NCBI GenBank assembly: GCA_003452965.1
Contig: DMMW01000035.1
Span: 534-58,047, forward strand
From: Elusimicrobiota bacterium
GTDB lineage: Bacteria > Elusimicrobiota > UBA8919
Reading direction: 5' to 3'
DNA length: 57,514 nucleotides
Part shown: one piece after another, positions 52,428-57,514 of the stretch
Layout: each line of letters starts with the position of its first letter
How positions within the stretch are numbered: position 1 is the first letter of the stretch
The notes under the pieces: model-generated
The model's input: only the letters and a program-made list of their open reading frames with translations
What the model was told of the DNA's origin: nothing
The model's database searches: none
Position numbers and translations under genes: made by a program

Positions 52428-53912
52428 ATGAAATATATTTTAGCGATTGATCAGGGTACAACAGGCACCCGTGCCATAGTTTACAATAATAAGGGTTCTG
52501 TTGTTGTTTCCAGTTATGAAGAGTTTCCTCAATATTTTCCGAATCCTGGGTGGGTGGAGCATGACCCTGAAGAGATTTGGAATAGTGTAAATAATTCCAT
52601 CCAGAAAGTCCTATCCAAAGTTCCTAAAAATTCAATTGAAGCAATAGGAATTACCAATCAGCGTGAGACAACCGTTATCTGGGACAGAATTACCGGTAAA
52701 CCTGTTTATAACGCGATTGTCTGGCAGTGCAGGCGAACATCTTTACGATGTGAATCTTTGTCTATGGAAAAAGGGTTGGTGGAGATGATACGCAAAAAGA
52801 CAGGGCTTCCCATTGATGCATATTTTTCTGCAACAAAAATAGAATGGATTTTAAACCATGTTCCCGGTGCGATGGAAAAAGCAAGAAAAGGCCGACTCTG
52901 TTTCGGGACAACTGATACGTGGTTACTTTGGAAACTCACACATGGGCAAGCACATGCTACTGATTATACCAATGCATCGCGTACAATGTTGTTTAATATA
53001 GATAGAAAAGTATGGGACGATGATATTCTTAAAATCTTTAAAATTCCTAAAGCAATGTTACCTGAAGTAAGAAAATCTTCGGGTTTTTTTGGAAAAACAG
53101 TCGGGATTAGCATGCTTCCTGAAGCGGTACCGATAAGCGGTATTGCAGGTGACCAGCAGGCTGCTCTTTTTGGGCAGGCGTGTTTTAAACCGGGTACGAT
53201 GAAAAACACCTACGGTACTGGAAGTTTTATGCTGCTTAATACTGGCAGAAAACCAATTAGGTCAAAGTACGGATTGATAACAACTATTGGGTGCGATGAG
53301 AAAGGTGAACCGATTTATGTCCTTGAAGGCGCTATTTTTATTGCTGGTGCCGTTATTCAATGGTTAAGAGACGGATTAAAGTTGATAAAATCCGCCAAGG
53401 ATACCGAAAATATATCTTTGTCTATAAAAAATAATGCTGGAGTATATTTCGTACCTGCCTTTGTTGGACTTGGTGCGCCGTATTGGGACCAGAATGCAAG
53501 GGGATGCATATCAGGTTTAACAAGAGGGGTAACGTCTGCGCATTTAGTCCGAGCAGCACTTGAATCTATAGCATATCAGACAAAAGATGTATTTCTTGCA
53601 ATGGCAAAGGAGTCGAAACTTAAAGTAAAAAGCCTTAAAGTGGATGGTGGTGCGGTTGTAAACAATTTTTTATGCCAGTTTCAGTCAGATATACTCGGTA
53701 TTCCTGTGATTCGCCCGCAAGTAATAGAAAGCACGTCGTTGGGTGCGGCATATCTTGCAGGTCTTGCGACAGGATACTGGAAATCAGGCAAAGATTTATC
53801 AAGACATTGGCAAAAGGATAAAGTGTTTTTACCAAAAATGAGCAAAACAGAATCTGACGCATTATATAAATCCTGGAAAATTGCAGTACAAAGAACAAGA
53901 ATCCAGAAATAA
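52428..53912 (+). CDS. glpK: glycerol kinase
   Basis: AIDQGTTGTRAIVY, GITNQRETT and the FGGY C-domain motif. 494 aa. Confidence 0.95.
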   Translation: MKYILAIDQGTTGTRAIVYNNKGSVVVSSYEEFPQYFPNPGWVEHDPEEIWNSVNNSIQKVLSKVPKNSIEAIGITNQRETTVIWDRITGKPVYNAIVWQCRRTSLRCESLSMEKGLVEMIRKKTGLPIDAYFSATKIEWILNHVPGAMEKARKGRLCFGTTDTWLLWKLTHGQAHATDYTNASRTMLFNIDRKVWDDDILKIFKIPKAMLPEVRKSSGFFGKTVGISMLPEAVPISGIAGDQQAALFGQACFKPGTMKNTYGTGSFMLLNTGRKPIRSKYGLITTIGCDEKGEPIYVLEGAIFIAGAVIQWLRDGLKLIKSAKDTENISLSIKNNAGVYFVPAFVGLGAPYWDQNARGCISGLTRGVTSAHLVRAALESIAYQTKDVFLAMAKESKLKVKSLKVDGGAVVNNFLCQFQSDILGIPVIRPQVIESTSLGAAYLAGLATGYWKSGKDLSRHWQKDKVFLPKMSKTESDALYKSWKIAVQRTRIQK

Positions 53913-53913
53913 A

Positions 53914-54015
53914 AGAATCATACCTAATTATTTTCGTGTATTCCGTGTCAAGCCCTACAATCTGAACATTCGGGCAAGCCCGCCTGAATGACGGGGATGC
54001 AATAATACAATCGCA
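53914..54015 (+). repeat. family B-related GC-rich element (degenerate head agaatcatacctaatta)
   Basis: It begins 2 nt after the glpK stop and shares cgtgtcaagc and aatgacgg..at..atacaat with the interior of 42541-42683. Confidence 0.5.
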
Positions 54016-54125
54016 CTATTGAACTATCACATACCGATTGGCGAGTTCGGCATTACAAATTCAATAAATTTTATAAACATACCGTGTAGTTGTGATTGAT
54101 TTTCACCATTCAGCCCATTTTTCTA

Positions 54126-54154
54126 TTGAAATATCTGGGGTAATAAGATATAAT
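54126..54154 (+). promoter_or_regulatory. sigma70-like promoter (TTGAAA-N17-TATAAT) abutting the GT9 start codon
   Basis: TATAAT ends at 54154 and the ATG is at 54163 with no SD, so the geometry is leaderless. Confidence 0.5.
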
Positions 54155-54162
54155 TATCATCA

Positions 54163-55143
54163 ATGAAGATTCTTATAATACGGCTTAGTTCTATCGGAGA
54201 TATCGTTTCTGCTTCACCTCTAATAAGATGTTTAAGAAAAAAATATCCTTTAGCACAGATAGATTTTATTATTAAAAAGCAATATTCGGATATTCTTTTA
54301 AAAAATCCATACATTTCTAATCTTATTTTATTTGACGGTAATGTTTCAAAATTTAATAGAATAATCAGAACTCAAAAATATGATGTCATCATAGATATTC
54401 ATAGAAATTTTAAAAGTTTTTTGCTTGCGTTATTTTCTGGCGCCAAAATATTGAAATATAAAAATTCCTCAATTAAAAGATTTCTGCTTGTAGAGTGGGG
54501 AATTAATTTATATACCAAGAAAGAAAAGGAAGTTTCAGTTTCCAGAAGATATCTTAATACTTTGAAATCCCTTGGTATCTCGGATGACGGTGAAGGTTTA
54601 GATTTTTTTGTGAAAGAGGATTTAAGAAAAGGTTTTGAAGAATTGTTGAAAGGCGATTATGTCGGCATTTGTCCCGTTTCTGCATGGAAAACAAAAAGGT
54701 GGTTGTCGGATAACTATGTGGATCTTTCAAAAAGAATTATAAAAGAATACGGGTATAGTATTTTGGTTTTTGGCGGTAAAGAAGACCATAATTATTGTGA
54801 AAATATCAAAAGGCAAATAGGCAATAAAGCGATAAATTATTCGGGATTTCCTTTGCAAGAAACGGCATCGGCAATAAGGAGATGTAAATTTTTAGTTTCA
54901 AATGATACCGGAATTATGCATATAGCGGAAGCATTGAGAATTCCTGTTGTTGCGATATTTGGTCCAACTGTAAAAGAGTTTGGCTTTTACCCGCAGTTAA
55001 AAAGTTCAAAAGTAATTTCAAGAGAATATGTGTGTAAACCATGCTCTACAAAGGGTTCTGAAAGATGTCCTACAGGTTCTTTTTTTTGTATGAAGGCAAT
55101 TTCAATAGAGGAGGTTTTTTCTAACTGTGCTTCTTGTTTATAA
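54163..55143 (+). CDS. glycosyltransferase family 9 (LPS heptosyltransferase-like)
   Basis: MKILIIRLSSIGDIVSASPLIRCLRKKYP is a canonical GT9 N-terminus, and SNDTGIMHIA is also present. Confidence 0.8.
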   Translation: MKILIIRLSSIGDIVSASPLIRCLRKKYPLAQIDFIIKKQYSDILLKNPYISNLILFDGNVSKFNRIIRTQKYDVIIDIHRNFKSFLLALFSGAKILKYKNSSIKRFLLVEWGINLYTKKEKEVSVSRRYLNTLKSLGISDDGEGLDFFVKEDLRKGFEELLKGDYVGICPVSAWKTKRWLSDNYVDLSKRIIKEYGYSILVFGGKEDHNYCENIKRQIGNKAINYSGFPLQETASAIRRCKFLVSNDTGIMHIAEALRIPVVAIFGPTVKEFGFYPQLKSSKVISREYVCKPCSTKGSERCPTGSFFCMKAISIEEVFSNCASCL

Positions 55144-56407
55144 TATACTTGCAGGTTTTAGTTTAGTCTTTATATTGCCGTATTTTTTCTTACGATACAA
55201 GCTTGGTTTGTTTAGGAAAGCAGCAGTAGGAATTAAACAACGGTTTGGTTTTTATAATATAGAGAAAGGCAATTATATTGTTTTGTTAGCATCTTCGGTA
55301 GGTGAATTAAAAACCGTAACAAAATTTATTGTTAAGTTAAAAAGGGAATTTCCTCAAAAAAAGATTCTTATTCTTACAATGACACCATACGGGTATCATT
55401 ATGTTCGTGATAAGAATATTGTTGATAATGTTTTGTTTGCACCTATAGATATTCCTTTTTGCGTAGAAAAATTGTTTTTAAAAGCCACACCTGAGATGCT
55501 TATTCTTGTTGAAAGCGAATTTTGGCCAAATTTAATATTTTCGGCGAAAAGAAAAGGTGCAAAAATTATTTTAATAAATGGCAGAATGTCCGATAAAAGT
55601 TTTAAGCGGTATCTTTTTGTTAAGGAATTTATGGCTGAGATATTGAAAAAGATTGATTTTATCTGTGCAAGAGAGGAGTCCGATAAAAAGAAGTTTATTG
55701 CTCTTGGATTTAATGAACAGAAAATAATAAAAACAGGAAATATGAAATACGATAAAATGGAAGATAAAGAGCAAAAAATAATAAAAACCAAAATTGATTA
55801 TGGATTTTCAAAAGATGATTTAATATTTGTAGCTGGGAGTACAAGAGAAAAAGAAGAAGAGATAATAATTAAAGTGTATAAAAAACTTATTGCGGAATTT
55901 AATAATCTAAAATTGGTTATTGCGCCAAGATATCCTGATAGATGCGGTGTAATTGAAAAATTGTTTCAAAGAGAAGATATTGTTTTTATAAGAAAATCTC
56001 AGATGGAAGATAAAGGTGGACAAAATACAAATTATCAATGCCTTTTGTTGGATACTATAGGGGATTTAACAAATATCTATTCTTTTGGTACAGTTATTTT
56101 TGTAGGAGGCAGCTTATTTGAAGGTGCCGGCGGGCATAATATGCTTGAGCCCGCAGAACTCGGCAAAACAGTTATATTCGGAAAATATGTTAAAAATTTT
56201 CAAGAGTCTGCAGAAGGCTTAATAATAAATAAAGCTGCTTTTCAAATAAAAGATGAATACGAATTATATGATGTTGCATCAAAATTATTAGGCAACCAAG
56301 TTCTGAGTGATGAAATGGGGAAAAAAGCAAGAGAGGTTGTAATTAGTCAGCGGGGAGCAACTGATAAAAACCTAAAAATAATATCGGAGATGATAATAAA
56401 TGCTTAA
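55127..56407 (+). CDS. waaA: 3-deoxy-D-manno-octulosonic acid (Kdo) transferase
   Basis: SVGELKT near the N-terminus and a C-terminal GGHNMLEPAELGKTVIFG. GTG start 12 nt after GAGGAGG. Confidence 0.85.
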   Translation: MLLVYNILAGFSLVFILPYFFLRYKLGLFRKAAVGIKQRFGFYNIEKGNYIVLLASSVGELKTVTKFIVKLKREFPQKKILILTMTPYGYHYVRDKNIVDNVLFAPIDIPFCVEKLFLKATPEMLILVESEFWPNLIFSAKRKGAKIILINGRMSDKSFKRYLFVKEFMAEILKKIDFICAREESDKKKFIALGFNEQKIIKTGNMKYDKMEDKEQKIIKTKIDYGFSKDDLIFVAGSTREKEEEIIIKVYKKLIAEFNNLKLVIAPRYPDRCGVIEKLFQREDIVFIRKSQMEDKGGQNTNYQCLLLDTIGDLTNIYSFGTVIFVGGSLFEGAGGHNMLEPAELGKTVIFGKYVKNFQESAEGLIINKAAFQIKDEYELYDVASKLLGNQVLSDEMGKKAREVVISQRGATDKNLKIISEMIINA

Positions 56408-57434
56408 ACAATCAACAGCCATTGGAAGTTTGCCGCATACTAATCCTGAAATTGCTACAGAGTTTATATTCGAAAATCTCGGGATAGCGATTTGGCCTCA
56501 ATTACCAAAAAGGAGTTTCAAGGAGAATATGTATGTTCAGTATTCTGAAGGAATTCCGTTTTTAACAACTGACGAAGAAAATCAAAAGATATTTTTTAAC
56601 TTTGATACTGAGGAAGATGTAACTTCTGCTGTGGAAAGTTTTTATTTGCGAATAATCGCTGATGATTTGGAATATTTTAAGATTTCCAGAGAATATGCCG
56701 AAGGATTTTATGAATTTTTAAAACAATTGGAAATTCATAAAGATAAAAAGACTATTCCCGCTGTAAAGGGACATATTGTAGGTCCGATAACATTCGGATT
56801 AAAAACTACAGACCAGAATAACCGTTCCATATTTTATGATGATTTGTTTGTTGATGTAGTAGTTAAAGCGTTAACAATGAAAGCAAGATGGCAAATAAGG
56901 GAATTATCAAGGTTTATAGATAAAGATAAAATTATTATTTTTATAGATGAACCTTATCTTTCAGCTTTCGGTAGTGCTTTTACACAGGTATCAAGCGAGC
57001 AGGTAATAAAATACATCAGTGAAACAAGCGACGGTATACATAAAGAAAATGCATTAAGCGGGGTTCATTGTTGCGGAAATACCGATTGGTCTATTCTAAT
57101 GGATAGCGGTGTAGATATAATTTCTTTTGATGCATATAATTTTTTTGACGGTATGGCACTGTACCCTGAAAAATTAAATATGTTTCTACAGAAAGGCGGT
57201 ATTTTGTCTTGGGGAATAGTCCCCAGTTCTGATGCTATAAATTCTGAAACGGCGGATTCGCTGGTTTTAAAATTTAAACAAGATATGGAATATCTAATTA
57301 AGAAAGGCATCAATGAAGAAAAATTGAAGAATCAGTATCTGATAACACCTTCTTGCGGGGTCGGTTCACTTGACGAAAAATTGGCAGAAAAAATAATAAT
57401 TACAACAAAAGAAGTCGCAGATAAATTAAGGTAA
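56400..57434 (+). CDS. MetE-like (UROD/MetE superfamily) zinc methyltransferase; possible short folate-independent methionine synthase
   Basis: 344 aa. The putative Zn ligands lie in MetE-like contexts: VHCCGN (H-x-C) and ITPSCGVGSL. The N-terminus TAIGSLPH is as in MetE catalytic domains. Confidence 0.5.
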   Translation: MLKQSTAIGSLPHTNPEIATEFIFENLGIAIWPQLPKRSFKENMYVQYSEGIPFLTTDEENQKIFFNFDTEEDVTSAVESFYLRIIADDLEYFKISREYAEGFYEFLKQLEIHKDKKTIPAVKGHIVGPITFGLKTTDQNNRSIFYDDLFVDVVVKALTMKARWQIRELSRFIDKDKIIIFIDEPYLSAFGSAFTQVSSEQVIKYISETSDGIHKENALSGVHCCGNTDWSILMDSGVDIISFDAYNFFDGMALYPEKLNMFLQKGGILSWGIVPSSDAINSETADSLVLKFKQDMEYLIKKGINEEKLKNQYLITPSCGVGSLDEKLAEKIIITTKEVADKLR

Positions 57435-57435
57435 T

Positions 57436-57460
57436 GTGCGATAGTGCGATAGTGCGATAG
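57436..57460 (+). repeat. 8-nt tandem repeat x3 (gtgcgata) starting 2 nt after the stop codon
   Basis: gtgcgata gtgcgata gtgcgata g. TAG recurs every 8 nt, giving stops in all three frames. Confidence 0.75.
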
Positions 57461-57492
57461 AATATGTTGTATATATAAAATAAGAATCCTAT

Positions 57493-57514
57493 ACAATCCC
57501 ACAATCCCACAATC
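57493..57514 (+). repeat. 8-nt tandem repeat (acaatccc x2+), truncated by the window end
   Basis: acaatccc acaatccc acaatc. Confidence 0.6.

Overview
This is an AT-rich chromosomal window from what looks like an uncultured diderm bacterium: it carries LPS-core genes (waaA, GT9), a TolC-like channel, a TonB-dependent receptor and a PorV-like barrel. I support about 56 CDS. I saw no rRNA, tRNA, CRISPR array, transposase or integrase. Housekeeping and accessory genes include a LUD-domain protein, a K+/H+ antiporter, a P-type ATPase, a pectate-lyase-like protein, a radical SAM protein, a PilZ-TPR protein, pckG, ogg, an HPS-RraA fusion, dusB, an AbiEi/AbiEii pair, glpK and LPS-core genes. The centre of the window (about 21.9-39.7 kb) is one large same-strand sulfur supercluster. 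It reads Rrf2-metY-cysK-metX-metW, then APS-type cysH, a PiT permease, a JAMM peptidase, an unknown outer-membrane barrel, a siroheme pathway (sirC-hemA-hemC-cobA-hemB-hemL), a small ferredoxin-type sulfite reductase, an in-frame ThiS-GGG::cysteine-synthase fusion, TusA, a ThrC-like enzyme, a CysO/MoaD-like carrier ending in GG, and a ThiF/MoeB E1. I consider this ubiquitin-like sulfur-carrier system, and especially the polyprotein-style ThiS::CysK fusion with a distal JAMM, the best candidate for novel biology. Downstream lie a TPP riboswitch controlling a small TonB-dependent receptor and an ECF-sigma/copper module (YHS-CuA-type cupredoxin, HMBD protein, CusCBA). That module is bracketed by a perfect 25-nt inverted repeat pair belonging to a dispersed hairpin repeat family. 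Intergenic DNA is unusual in several ways: GC-rich structured islands share short motifs, one element is MITE-like, 7-8-nt tandem arrays begin right at stop codons, and consensus sigma70 promoters abut start codons, implying leaderless mRNAs. All family assignments come from motif recognition by eye; no searches were run.
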